Shown here piece by piece: positions 8,851 to 18,249 of a stretch of DNA of 64,000 nucleotides (the stretch's first letter is position 1; the number at the start of each line of letters is the position of its first letter). The stretch spans positions 1,855 through 65,854 of the forward strand of contig DYFM01000005.1 of the NCBI GenBank assembly GCA_020725175.1, read 5' to 3'. Source of the DNA: Candidatus Paceibacter sp. (GTDB lineage Bacteria; Patescibacteriota; Patescibacteriia; Magasanikbacterales; UBA922). A model generated the notes under the pieces. It saw only the letters and a program-made list of their open reading frames with translations, was not told the DNA's origin and did no database searches. The translations under genes and the position numbers were made by a program.

Positions 8851-9759
8851 ATGATCACTTTCTTTCGAGCTATAAAATTTGCTTTTCAAGACATGGGAAG
8901 AAACCTGAGTTTATCCCTCATGACGGTATTTATTTTGGTATTGATGCTTTTATCCATGAATACTCTTCTTATAATACGAACCTTGACTACTGAAGCAACA
9001 TCGTCTATCAAGGATCAGCTTGATATTAGTATCTACTTTAGAGAAGAAACGACCGATGAGCAGGTGGAGGAAGTACGAAAATATTTGGAAACATTTCCCG
9101 AAGTGGTGGAGTTGACAGTCAAAAGTAGAGATGAAGTACTGTCGGAATTTCAAGCAAATTATGAAGGAAATAAGGATGTTCTTGATGCACTTGCTGAACT
9201 TGATGAGAACCCACTTGGGGCAACGATTATTGTAAAAACCAAAGACCCAATTGATTATGAAAAAATCATTGCGTCACTGACGGTCCCTGAGTACAAAAAT
9301 ATCATTGTGGATAAGCCATTTGAAGACAGTAAGACTGCTATTTCTCGTATTGATATTATTACAAAACAGGTGGAGAGATTTACCATTGCTCTCAGTGCAT
9401 TTTTTGCTTTTATTGCTTTTCTCATTATTTTCAACACGATTCGGGTGTCTATTTTTACCCAAAGAGTAGAAATTAACATTAAAAAGTTGGTAGGCGCGAC
9501 AAATTGGTTTATTCGTTCCCCATATGTTATTAGTGCCTTTATTTTCAATCTAGTGAGTGTGGGAATCGCAACTGCAATTGTCTACTACTCTGTAGGTTTT
9601 CTTGATCCCTATACAAGCGTTATTTTTGGTTCAAGCAATATCTTGACAAATTACTACAATTCGCATATACTGATGCTGCTTGGAATTCAGTTTGTGGGTG
9701 TTCTTCTTTTGACTAGTACCACTAGTTGGTTGGCAATGAGAAGACATTTAAGAGTATGA
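8851..9759 (+). CDS. ftsX: Cell division permease FtsX
   Basis: Four transmembrane helices with a large periplasmic loop, plus the conserved KLVGATNWFIRSPYV segment. It is adjacent to ftsE. Confidence 0.8.
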   Translation: MITFFRAIKFAFQDMGRNLSLSLMTVFILVLMLLSMNTLLIIRTLTTEATSSIKDQLDISIYFREETTDEQVEEVRKYLETFPEVVELTVKSRDEVLSEFQANYEGNKDVLDALAELDENPLGATIIVKTKDPIDYEKIIASLTVPEYKNIIVDKPFEDSKTAISRIDIITKQVERFTIALSAFFAFIAFLIIFNTIRVSIFTQRVEINIKKLVGATNWFIRSPYVISAFIFNLVSVGIATAIVYYSVGFLDPYTSVIFGSSNILTNYYNSHILMLLGIQFVGVLLLTSTTSWLAMRRHLRV

Positions 9760-9830
9760 CTAAGTCTTCTGAGGAGGCTGAGTTTCTGAGTAACTGAGTT
9801 GAAATATTCTTAATTTTAGGTAAAAAAAGT

Positions 9831-10193
9831 ATGGGGGGTACGGCCAATTTTAAGAATTTGTTTGTTTATCAGTGTTCATTCAAAAATGCCCTAGAGATAT
9901 ATCGTTTCTCTCAACAGTTGCCTCAATACCTACGATATGATATTGCAGATGACCTGAGAAGAGCAGCTAGATCAGTCCCTTCCAATATTGCTGAAGGATA
10001 TGGAAGGAATAAATCAAATGCTGATATTGTAAACTTTTTACGAACTTCGTTGGGATCGAATGATGAAGTGGTGTTTAATCTAGAGTTTTTAAAAGGATTA
10101 TCCTTGATTAACGAAGAGCAGTATCAACATTTTACAGGTCAAAGCAAACTTATTGGGTCGGGCTTACAAAAATTAATACAGTCACTTTCCTAG
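9831..10193 (+). CDS. Four-helix-bundle protein (TIGR02436 / 23S rRNA intervening-sequence protein family)
   Basis: NIAEGYGR motif and an overall ~120-aa helical pattern. Confidence 0.65.
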   Translation: MGGTANFKNLFVYQCSFKNALEIYRFSQQLPQYLRYDIADDLRRAARSVPSNIAEGYGRNKSNADIVNFLRTSLGSNDEVVFNLEFLKGLSLINEEQYQHFTGQSKLIGSGLQKLIQSLS

Positions 10194-10308
10194 TTTTTAC
10201 ATTTGTTGATTTTGATAGAAGTCAACAAATATGAAAAACTAAGAGAACATAAAGTTCTTAGTGAACTCAGAAGACCTAGTTTACTCAGGTCACTCAGAAA
10301 ACTCAGAC

Positions 10309-10379
10309 TCGGGGATCGTCTAATGGTAGGACTCCAGGTTTTGGTCCTGGCTATCGGGGTTCGAATCCCTGTCCCCGAA
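10309..10379 (+). tRNA. tRNA-Gln (anticodon TTG)
   Basis: Acceptor TCGGGGA/TCCCCGA, anticodon stem CCAGG/CCTGG with loop TTTTGGT, T-arm CGGGG TTCGAAT CCCTG. Confidence 0.7.
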
Positions 10380-10513
10380 CGAGGCTATTTGCTCATCTTT
10401 TTTCAGATTGACAATGGCCTGTAAATATAGTAAACTAATGTCGAAGTTTTTAGTGCGCTAAGTTATCTGAGTAGGCTCAGTCAACTTAGAACTCTTAGAA
10501 AACTCAAAAACAT

Positions 10514-10677
10514 TCGGAAGTAGCTCAGTGGTAGTCCCGACAGTGGTCGGGAGTATATCCTCAAGAGCTATATACGGATGAGAATTACAACATATTCGGA
10601 AGTAGCTCAGTGGTAGTCCCGACAGTGGTCGGGAGTATATCCTCAAGAGCTATATACGGATGAGAATTACAACATAT
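10514..10677 (+). repeat. Two tandem 82-bp units, each beginning with the first ~22 nt of tRNA-Asn
   Basis: catattcggaagtagctcagtggtagtcccgacagtggtcgggagtatatcctcaagagctatatacggatgagaattacaa appears twice with period 82. The third unit is the genuine tRNA gene. Each unit contains the hairpin tcccgac/gtcggga. Confidence 0.75.
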
Positions 10678-11087
10678 TCGGAAGTAGCTCAGTGGTAGAG
10701 CAGTTGGCTGTATATCACGGAATGCGTGTTTTATTACGCATACGACTAGCAGCTCTCGATAGGAATATCGGGATGAAGAACAAGGTGAATTGCTGGAAAC
10801 CCTATCAGGTTATGCTGAGGGTAATCAGCAGCCAAGCCCTATATCTCTACGGAGATCAGTAGGGAAGGTTCAGAGACTATCCTGTAATGGGAGTAGGCTG
10901 GTACATGTATCAGTCGAAGCGCCTTGCACCCCATCGCTTTCGAGCAATCGAAATTTGGCGAGGGTGAAGATATAGTCCACGCTTTCCTGACTATATTGTC
11001 GGGACGATAAACCGTTTCGGTTGTCGCTGGAAACAGGAGATATTACGTGTAACCAATTGGTCGTGGGTTCGAATCCCACCTTCCGAG
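10678..11087 (+). tRNA. tRNA-Asn (anticodon GTT) interrupted by a group I intron; exons 10678-10711 and 11050-11087
   Basis: The exons fold as acceptor TCGGAAG/CTTCCGA with discriminator G, D-arm GCTC AGTGGTA GAGC, anticodon stem GTTGG/CCAAT, and T-arm GTGGG TTCGAAT CCCAC. The anticodon loop becomes CT GTT AA when the exons are joined after U35. U1-A72 with G73 fits Asn identity; Thr-UGU is the alternative if the splice site is two nt upstream. Confidence 0.65.
10712..11049 (+). ncRNA. Group I self-splicing intron in the tRNA-Asn anticodon loop, ~338 nt, no endonuclease ORF
   Basis: The conserved core elements are present: P (aattgctggaaa), Q (aatcagcagc), R (gttcagagacta) and S (aagatatagtcc). 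The 5' exon ends in U and the intron ends in G. Confidence 0.7.
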
Positions 11088-11311
11088 CAAAAAAGGGTGA
11101 GCAGGTTCTAACGAGCCTGTTTTCTTGTATATGGAGCCATTTTTGAGAAGTTCGGAAGTGAGAAAAAAAGCACTAACTATTTTTTGCTTCAAATAAGACA
11201 TACTTAATTTATCTCGGTGACTAGTGTCGGTGGGGTTCGGACTACGTGTACATAATAAACAAAATAAGAGTATCATTACTCTTATTTTGAAAAATCATTG
11301 TTTTGGTTAAT

Positions 11312-12079
11312 TTATGTGACTTTTCTCAGCACTTCCCATCGGTCATTTCCTTGATTTGTGTAAAATCCTATTTTGAGAGTCTCATTAAAAATTCTTTGTA
11401 CAAACTCGTTATACTCATCTGCATTTCTATCAAATCGTGGCATTCCTTGTGGATCTAAATATGTACTCCACAAATCTGCTAATCTTCTAAAAGTATTTAC
11501 ATCAATAAGATGCGCATCACTGCTTATTTGTGCCATATCTATATTTCCATTTCCTCTAACTACATATATTTGCTTTATTGAATTTCTCCCATTTGAAAAA
11601 TGATTATATATATCCGCCAAGGAAAAAGAATATTCAGCGTTGTGGCTATGTAGTACCGCAGAAATTACTTCGTCTCGGTAAACAATGAGTCCGGAGGGCG
11701 TAGTTATTTCAGTTCGTTTCAACGGTGCAGAAATCGGAGCGCTATATTTCTCTCCTTGTATCAGTGGTCCAAGTTTGAGGTTTCCCTCATGATCGGCCAC
11801 TACCGAACAACTAAATTCAGTATCATATGAATCATGCAGGTAACGTAACTCATCAGCAATTCGAGAAAAATCGCTTGTCGGCCCGTATTCTGCAATGTCG
11901 TCGTAGGCCTCATCCATGAAATCTAATGGTCTATCAATGAGAACAGAGCTGGGCAAATTTTCAAAACTGGGGGGGGTTTCCAGAATAGAATGTCTTAATA
12001 GATCGTGTGCATCCACAAGTTGTTCACTTCTTCTATCTCTGGAATCTCCTCCAAATCTCTTTGATTCGGAATATGGCAT
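11312..12079 (-). CDS. Hypothetical protein, no recognisable domain
   Basis: 255-aa ORF flanked by a hairpin terminator at 11265-11290. It is the first gene downstream of the tRNA cluster. Confidence 0.45.
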   Translation of the reverse strand: MPYSESKRFGGDSRDRRSEQLVDAHDLLRHSILETPPSFENLPSSVLIDRPLDFMDEAYDDIAEYGPTSDFSRIADELRYLHDSYDTEFSCSVVADHEGNLKLGPLIQGEKYSAPISAPLKRTEITTPSGLIVYRDEVISAVLHSHNAEYSFSLADIYNHFSNGRNSIKQIYVVRGNGNIDMAQISSDAHLIDVNTFRRLADLWSTYLDPQGMPRFDRNADEYNEFVQRIFNETLKIGFYTNQGNDRWEVLRKVT

Positions 12080-12325
12080 ATGGTTATTTTATGAATTATA
12101 GATTTTGATATGGATAAAATATATCAAATCTTGTTGTTATAGGCAAATTTTTGCACTTGATAAATTTAAGGTAGGTGGATTTACAATCAAAAGATTTTGG
12201 AACTTGTTCCTATATTCGAGCAAACACTCTTCCATACACACTGGTATGGTAAAGACAAAAACATACTCAAAAGAGTATGTTTTTGTTATACTGTACTTGC
12301 TACTTAAACCAGTATTTATTTCTGT

Positions 12326-13197
12326 ATGAATAAAAGAGAATGCAAACAAAAAATACTTGCTGTATATCCAGGGATGGTAAATAGAAGTTTTGAGTACATA
12401 ACAACTGGTAGTGACGATGATGTGGTTATTGTCGGTAAAAAAAATGTTTTTACGTTTCCAAAAAACAAGCCTGGATGTCGTGAAAAATTTGTAACTGAAA
12501 TTAATATACTACCCTTGTTTCAACCTATTGTTAGTCTGTCAATTCCAAAATTAATCTATATTGCCCCGGATATTTCTTTTGGCATGTATAAATATGTGCC
12601 AGGTGTACCATTTACAAAAAAATTGGCCTTGACACTGACTGCAAGACAAAAAACCGCAGCTGCAAAAAAAATTGCCACGTTTCTTTCTGCATTGCATAGC
12701 TTTTCTGCGAACAAAGCCAAGAAGCATGGAGTAACTGATGCATGGTCTGAACGTGACGCACGCTCTTTCTATCTGAAACGAGCAAGGACTGTTTTCAAAA
12801 CACTGAGCTATGATTTTGGTATTGTGCAACGCTTGTTCCGAAAGTACCCGCTCAGCGAAACAACTTACCAAGCTGTTGTTCATCAAGATTTTACCAGCGA
12901 TCATATCTTATTTGACCCAGCAAAAAAGAAGATAATTGTGTTATTGACTTTGGTGATGTACAGATTGCGGATCCGGCAGTTGATATGAGTCGCCTCTGGG
13001 AGTATGGTGAAGATTTTATAGATTTGGTGTTACAATTTTATAAACGAGTAGACATCGATATAAAACAACGAAGTTACCGATGGTGGATATATCACAATAT
13101 AAACTTGATTGAATATGGGTATGAGAAAAAAAAGATTTCTATGATGAAACGAGGTTACAGGAATTTGAAACATATGTATAAAAACCGCTCTCAATAA
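12326..13197 (+). pseudogene. Aminoglycoside/choline-kinase-type phosphotransferase (APH family) broken by a frameshift in an A6 tract
   Basis: Frame 1 carries the Brenner motif HQDFTSDHILFDP. After gcaaaaaag (about 12920-12930) the +1 frame carries VIDFGDVQIADPAVD, the DFG-type motif. Reading A7 instead of A6 would fuse the two ORFs 12326-12988 and 12985-13197. Confidence 0.6.
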
Positions 13198-13228
13198 TGA
13201 AAGCGGTTTTTATGTTTAACATGTATCA

Positions 13229-16200
13229 TCACCCTCCCGTCACATAATACACAATCTCCACCGGCTTCACACTATATTCTCCGGTAATCATCAACGTCAG
13301 AGGTCCTTCGGTAACGTCAGTTGGGATGATATAGGTATCATTTGAGAAACTTCCACTTGTATTAGCATTGAACGAATGAACCACCTCCTCGCCGGTTCGA
13401 TCGGTTCGAATTTGAATTGGTTCGTTTGGCAGATAGCCGCTACCGATAAATTGTATAGCAGTACCAGGTGCCCCGGCGTATGAGCCAAGTTCTGCCCCGA
13501 GATATACTTCTCCGTGGATAAAGTTTGCTGTAGCTGTGCTACCGGTAGAGGCTCCGGTAGCAGACACGGTTCGTTCACCGGACAGAAAACCGGGGACAGT
13601 GGTGTTGAAGATAAGGTTGCCAGATTCATCGGCAGTAGTTGTACCAAGTAGAAGTCCGTCAAACGTCACTATAACATCTTCACCAGCTCCAAAACCCATA
13701 CCGCTAACAGTAAGCGCTTCTCCACCAAAGCCATAGTAGTGTGATAGTTCAATTCCGGAAGTAAGAGGGGCTACTGTGATTGGTACGGAAACAATAGTAG
13801 CACTGAGTTGTCCGGAAAAAGTAAAAATTACTTCTGTCGCTCCATACGGAATCTGTAATTTGGTATCTGCAAAGGTACCAAATTCATTGGTAGAAAGGGT
13901 AGAAAGAGGTGTGTCGTTTAGTGTAACACGGATCTCTTCACTGGCTGCAAAACCGCTACCTTCAAATGTAACATATGATCCGGCTGGAGTATACCATGTG
14001 TTTGGAGTTACTTCAGGAGTAAAACCGGATAGAGTGATTGTTACCTCTGAAAACGCGCCACTGTTTGTTCCTGAAATGATAAACGTAGCTCCACCGGTAG
14101 TCGTAACCGGGATAGTAATAGGCTCAGTATCAATTTCTCCGGCTGTACTTGAAACTGTTTCAGCAAGTATTTCATCATTTAGAGAAATGGAAACAGGTTC
14201 TTCGCCGCTAAATCCGGTACCTGAGAAGGAGATCTGGCTTCCTGGAGCGGTATACCAGGTACTTGGGGTAACTTGTGGAGTAAATGGTGCAAGCGTAAGA
14301 GTCGTGATGCCGGTCGCGTTACTCATGCCTCCGGTTATCTTTACCGGTACGGTTGAGTTTGATAGACCAAGTGGAATGACTACCGGGGTAGGAGAGACGG
14401 TTCCGTCATGTTCTGCATAGGCATTGATTGACGTTTCACCAACTTCAATTGTTACCGGCTCATTTGGAGCAAACCCAACTCCTGAAACATGTACTGGTGT
14501 TCCGGGGAGAGCATAGTATGAATCTAGTTCAATATATGGAGTAAGTGCGGCAATAGTAACCGTAACTTCAGATGTACCACCACTTTCTTGCCCGATAAAG
14601 ACATACGTTTCTGAGCCATCAGATTCGAAGCCGGTTGTAACGGTTAGGTTCTCAAAATGTCCGTCAATATCTGCCTGTGTTGTTTCTAACATGTTTCCAT
14701 CATTCCTCATGATAATGTTTTCACCGGGAGCAAATCCATCTCCGGAAAAAGTGAGGGGGCTTCCGGCTGGAAGATACCATGTCTGTGGCGTAACCATCGG
14801 ATACAAGCTGCCGAGAGAAATTTCTAGTTTACTTTCTAATCCACTCTTCATTCCTGTTGCATGAATTGTAATACGTGATCCGGAAAGGGGAGCGACAAAC
14901 GGCGCATTCTCGATAAGCACGCCTTCCTCATCGGTTTCAACTTCTATCGGTGCTCGATCATTCATACGAATTTCAACAATGTCCTCTGGAGCAAATCCGC
15001 TACCACTTACCGTAAATGGTTCTGCTGGAAGAATGTAATAAGAAGAAGGGGAGAGAGTGGGGTAAAAGGTGCCAATACTTAGTGATACAGTTGCTTTTGC
15101 TTGGCTCTCCTGACCTTCAAACCGCACTAGACGTGTTTCTTGCCAGGTGTAGGGAATAGTTATTGCCCCAGCTTCGGTAAATGCACCATCAACATCAGTT
15201 GTTATAGTAGTTAATAACTCTCCTGTTACATCGTCCATAACTTGCACCTCTTCATCCGTTCCAAATCCAGTTCCGGTAAATGAAACGTCTGTTCCGGGAA
15301 GAATATAATAGTTATTTGGTGAAACCTGGGGTGTAAATGGAGCAATGGTAATGAGTACAGTTGCTTCGGTTTTACTATTTGTTCCGGAAAGAACTATCGT
15401 GCGACTACTGTTTGACCAGGTAAAAGGAATGGTAAATGTTCCGGCAGTGAGAAATGTGCCGGTACTGTCTGAAGTAAATGAAGCGAGAGGTGTAGAATTG
15501 TTTCCTTCTGTTACCACAATCGTTTCACTATTCCCAAACCCGCTACCGGAAAAAGAAATGGTATGTCCAGCAATGTTGTGATAGCTTGATGGTTCAACGA
15601 GAGAATTGAACGAACCAATCGTGAGCGCAACCTCAGCTTGACCACCACTCGTTTGTCCAATGAGGGTAAATGTGCGAATGCTGTTTAGCCAATCATATGG
15701 AATGACAATTGCGCCGGCATCAAAAAAATTACCGTCTGAATCTGAGCTGAACGTTGCAATAGGTTCGGTGGGGTTACTGGTTTCGTACACGTCAATTGTT
15801 TCGTGGATTGCATACCCTCCACCGGAAAACATGAGCGTTTCTTCCGGAAGAAGATAGTGGGTAGAAGGAGTAACATTTGGAGTAAAGGTACCAATTGTAA
15901 TGTCTACCGAAGCCTCGGCATTACTCGTATTTCCTCGTAACGTAAACGTTTGCGATCCGGTCAGGCTGAGCGGAATAGGTATCGTACCGGCATCTGTAAA
16001 CGATCCATTTGCATCAGCCTGAATAGAGGCGAGTGGAGAGCCATCGTCTCCTTTGTAGACCTGTATTTCTTCATGGGTCGCAAATCCACTGCCGGAAAAA
16101 CTGAGTGATTGAGTAGGAAGCACATAATACGTGGACGGAGAAATACTCGGGAAAAAACCACCAACGTAAAAATAGTCAATGGTTGTTGCGGCAGAGGATT

Positions 16201-16765
16201 GCCCGGTAGCGGTGAGCTCATATGTACCAAATGCAATTGTGGGAACAGTAGCCGACGCGTCTTGAAATGAACCGTCTGCGTTGGCGGTGGTAATTCCTAT
16301 TTCTTTGCCTTGGATAGTAAACGAAATTGTTTCGTCTGGGGCAAAACCGTTTCCGTCAATTGAAAGTAGGCTGCCGGGAGTGTTATTTCCGGATACTGTG
16401 ATTGTTGGTGTGAACGGAACTATGTAATAGCTATTGCTTTGCAGCTCTTGTGTTTCAGACCCTTTGGCAAAGATGGGTAATGGGCCCTGTGGTGTATTAT
16501 CCGGAATATTAATTTGAACATTGAAAAAGCTATCCTCTCCGGCAGTTACGGTCGCAACTTCACCACTTTCCGGAGTAAACAAATACAGTGTTATCGTCTC
16601 TCCCGGTATCCAACCACCTCCTTGTACTTCAACCTCCGTGGCTGGGCCGCTAAAAGAGCTTAAGGTAAGATATGCGGCTGCTTGTATATATTGAAAAGGG
16701 ATAATTAGCATAAGACCGGCTACAGTTATAGCGGTTATGCGAAAGAAGAAAAGCCGTGTTCTCAT
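13229..16765 (-). CDS. Large secreted tandem-repeat protein (1178 aa; about 13 Ig-like/IPT-TIG-like repeats of roughly 85-90 aa)
   Basis: Signal peptide MRTRLFFFRITAITVAGLMLIIPFQYIQA, then repeated blocks such as PSTYY.LP...SFSGSGF...E.I.V. The region is noticeably richer in GC than its surroundings. Confidence 0.7.
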   Translation of the reverse strand: MRTRLFFFRITAITVAGLMLIIPFQYIQAAAYLTLSSFSGPATEVEVQGGGWIPGETITLYLFTPESGEVATVTAGEDSFFNVQINIPDNTPQGPLPIFAKGSETQELQSNSYYIVPFTPTITVSGNNTPGSLLSIDGNGFAPDETISFTIQGKEIGITTANADGSFQDASATVPTIAFGTYELTATGQSSAATTIDYFYVGGFFPSISPSTYYVLPTQSLSFSGSGFATHEEIQVYKGDDGSPLASIQADANGSFTDAGTIPIPLSLTGSQTFTLRGNTSNAEASVDITIGTFTPNVTPSTHYLLPEETLMFSGGGYAIHETIDVYETSNPTEPIATFSSDSDGNFFDAGAIVIPYDWLNSIRTFTLIGQTSGGQAEVALTIGSFNSLVEPSSYHNIAGHTISFSGSGFGNSETIVVTEGNNSTPLASFTSDSTGTFLTAGTFTIPFTWSNSSRTIVLSGTNSKTEATVLITIAPFTPQVSPNNYYILPGTDVSFTGTGFGTDEEVQVMDDVTGELLTTITTDVDGAFTEAGAITIPYTWQETRLVRFEGQESQAKATVSLSIGTFYPTLSPSSYYILPAEPFTVSGSGFAPEDIVEIRMNDRAPIEVETDEEGVLIENAPFVAPLSGSRITIHATGMKSGLESKLEISLGSLYPMVTPQTWYLPAGSPLTFSGDGFAPGENIIMRNDGNMLETTQADIDGHFENLTVTTGFESDGSETYVFIGQESGGTSEVTVTIAALTPYIELDSYYALPGTPVHVSGVGFAPNEPVTIEVGETSINAYAEHDGTVSPTPVVIPLGLSNSTVPVKITGGMSNATGITTLTLAPFTPQVTPSTWYTAPGSQISFSGTGFSGEEPVSISLNDEILAETVSSTAGEIDTEPITIPVTTTGGATFIISGTNSGAFSEVTITLSGFTPEVTPNTWYTPAGSYVTFEGSGFAASEEIRVTLNDTPLSTLSTNEFGTFADTKLQIPYGATEVIFTFSGQLSATIVSVPITVAPLTSGIELSHYYGFGGEALTVSGMGFGAGEDVIVTFDGLLLGTTTADESGNLIFNTTVPGFLSGERTVSATGASTGSTATANFIHGEVYLGAELGSYAGAPGTAIQFIGSGYLPNEPIQIRTDRTGEEVVHSFNANTSGSFSNDTYIIPTDVTEGPLTLMITGEYSVKPVEIVYYVTGG

Positions 16766-17057
16766 AGATTTTGTAATAAAAAAGAATACAGATGAGCTAT
16801 CCCGGTTTGGATGCTGCTATTTCTATTGTCCATATTTATGTAGCAATTGTCAAATTTTTTACTCTATGTGTATTTTTTTCAATATACTTGTTAATTTTTG
16901 CTTTTAGCCTATTACAGCCTGTTACTCTGTCCCAAGAAGGCAAATAAGACATGAAAGAAATGTGAATTTAAAGAAACCTTCTCATCTATACTTATTATTG
17001 CAGGGTTACAATAAAAAAAGATACCTGTGAAGTATCAATTAAAGACAAAAACTATTG

Positions 17058-17555
17058 TTATGCGCGTATCGAAAGTATACTAAATTTTTTTTCACTATCG
17101 CGAATGACAATACTACCGGTATCATGCGCTTTTTTCCCTAGTAGTGCCGCACCAATAGGCGAGGTATGAGAGATTATTCCTTGAGACGGATTTGTTTCTG
17201 AGGAGCCAAGAATTGTGAATGTTTTTTCTTCTCCATCGAGAAGAATGGTGACAGTACTGCCGACTTGTACTGTATCAGTTTGGGATAGAGTAATAATTTC
17301 CGCTCGCTTCAACTGTTCTTCAAGAACAAGAATACGACTGTTGATTCCCCGCAATCTTCCTTTGGCGAGTTGATATTCAACATTTTCTGAAAAATCACCT
17401 AGCTCTGCTAATCGAGATACTTCCAGTGTGGCAGGCTGTCTACGTTTGTATAAACTTTTTAGTTCATGTTCAAGTTCATCGTATTTCTCTTGTGTCATGA
17501 GCGGGTCCTGCCTTTGAGTCATGTATTTTCCAGGTTTTCGTTTGGGTAGTTGCAT
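17058..17555 (-). CDS. greA: Transcription elongation factor GreA, copy 1
   Basis: N-terminal coiled coil with ELGDFSENVEYQLAKGRL, and a C-terminal FKBP-like domain. The true start may be an internal ATG (MTQEKYDEL). Confidence 0.8.
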   Translation of the reverse strand: MQLPKRKPGKYMTQRQDPLMTQEKYDELEHELKSLYKRRQPATLEVSRLAELGDFSENVEYQLAKGRLRGINSRILVLEEQLKRAEIITLSQTDTVQVGSTVTILLDGEEKTFTILGSSETNPSQGIISHTSPIGAALLGKKAHDTGSIVIRDSEKKFSILSIRA

Positions 17556-17589
17556 ACATTGTATTAGTAGGGATCAAACGAATGAGGCG

Positions 17590-17630
17590 GATTACAACGA
17601 ATTCGTTATAATCCGTTCAATTCGATCAAT
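17590..17630. repeat. Palindromic element cggattacaacgaa/ttcgttataatccg; member of the AACGGAT-core family
   Basis: 14-bp near-perfect inverted repeat centred on AACGAATTCGTT. Confidence 0.45.
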
Positions 17631-17643
17631 CCGTGGTCTATTA

Positions 17644-18096
17644 TTATCGTACTTCAATTGTATCAACCACAGCATCTAGTAATTCCTTCATCTTTCGATC
17701 ATTCATTTGATAAAAAAGTTTTACCACGAATGATCCGGAAGCACCGGTGAGTGTTTTGATATCTTTGGGGATATTTCGGTCGGCATAGTCTTGTGTCTGC
17801 CCATCTTCTACACCAAATGGTAAGTCTTGTGCGTCAGAAGTTGAAACAATTTCGATACGTGAATTATCTCCTGTTATCAAAAGTATGTCTGTTTCTGGTT
17901 CACGTTCCACAACATACCCATCAGGATATTGAAATGTCATTGCGTCTGATGTGTATGAATGTTTCAATTTGTATATCTCAGCCTGGGTTGGTTCTGGGGC
18001 AGATTCATTGGAACTATCATTTCTAAACACAAAAAATGTAATGCTCGCAAGAATAATAATTCCCGATACAACCGGCAAAAAGATTTTTTTGTTCAT
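17644..18096 (-). CDS. Hypothetical secreted or membrane-anchored protein
   Basis: N-terminal transmembrane/signal segment MNKKIFLPVVSGIIILASITFFVF. Confidence 0.45.
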   Translation of the reverse strand: MNKKIFLPVVSGIIILASITFFVFRNDSSNESAPEPTQAEIYKLKHSYTSDAMTFQYPDGYVVEREPETDILLITGDNSRIEIVSTSDAQDLPFGVEDGQTQDYADRNIPKDIKTLTGASGSFVVKLFYQMNDRKMKELLDAVVDTIEVR

Positions 18097-18249
18097 ATCA
18101 AAATATTTGTTGAGAAGTAATAGATAAAAAATGCAGTAACCACACTTCCGCGGTAATCACTCATCAATCAGGACTACTCAGTAAACAAAACCAACTTAAC
18201 TTACTCCAAAAACTTAGCTTACCCAGAGAACTCAGAAAACCCAGTCAAC

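Noticed and set aside
10203-10424. 73-aa ORF on the plus strand
   Set aside because: It exactly overlaps tRNA-Gln(TTG) and the ACTCAG repeat tract. It has low complexity and no ribosome-binding site.
10790-11079. Small ORFs inside the group I intron (61 and 69 aa); possible homing endonuclease
   Set aside because: They are too short and lack LAGLIDADG, GIY-YIG, HNH or His-Cys box motifs. The intron appears ORF-less.
13297-15581. Several 60-214-aa ORFs antisense or out of frame inside the 1178-aa repeat protein gene
   Set aside because: They lie inside a continuous 3.5-kb ORF with signal peptide and a coherent repeat structure. They are artefacts of GC-rich repetitive sequence.
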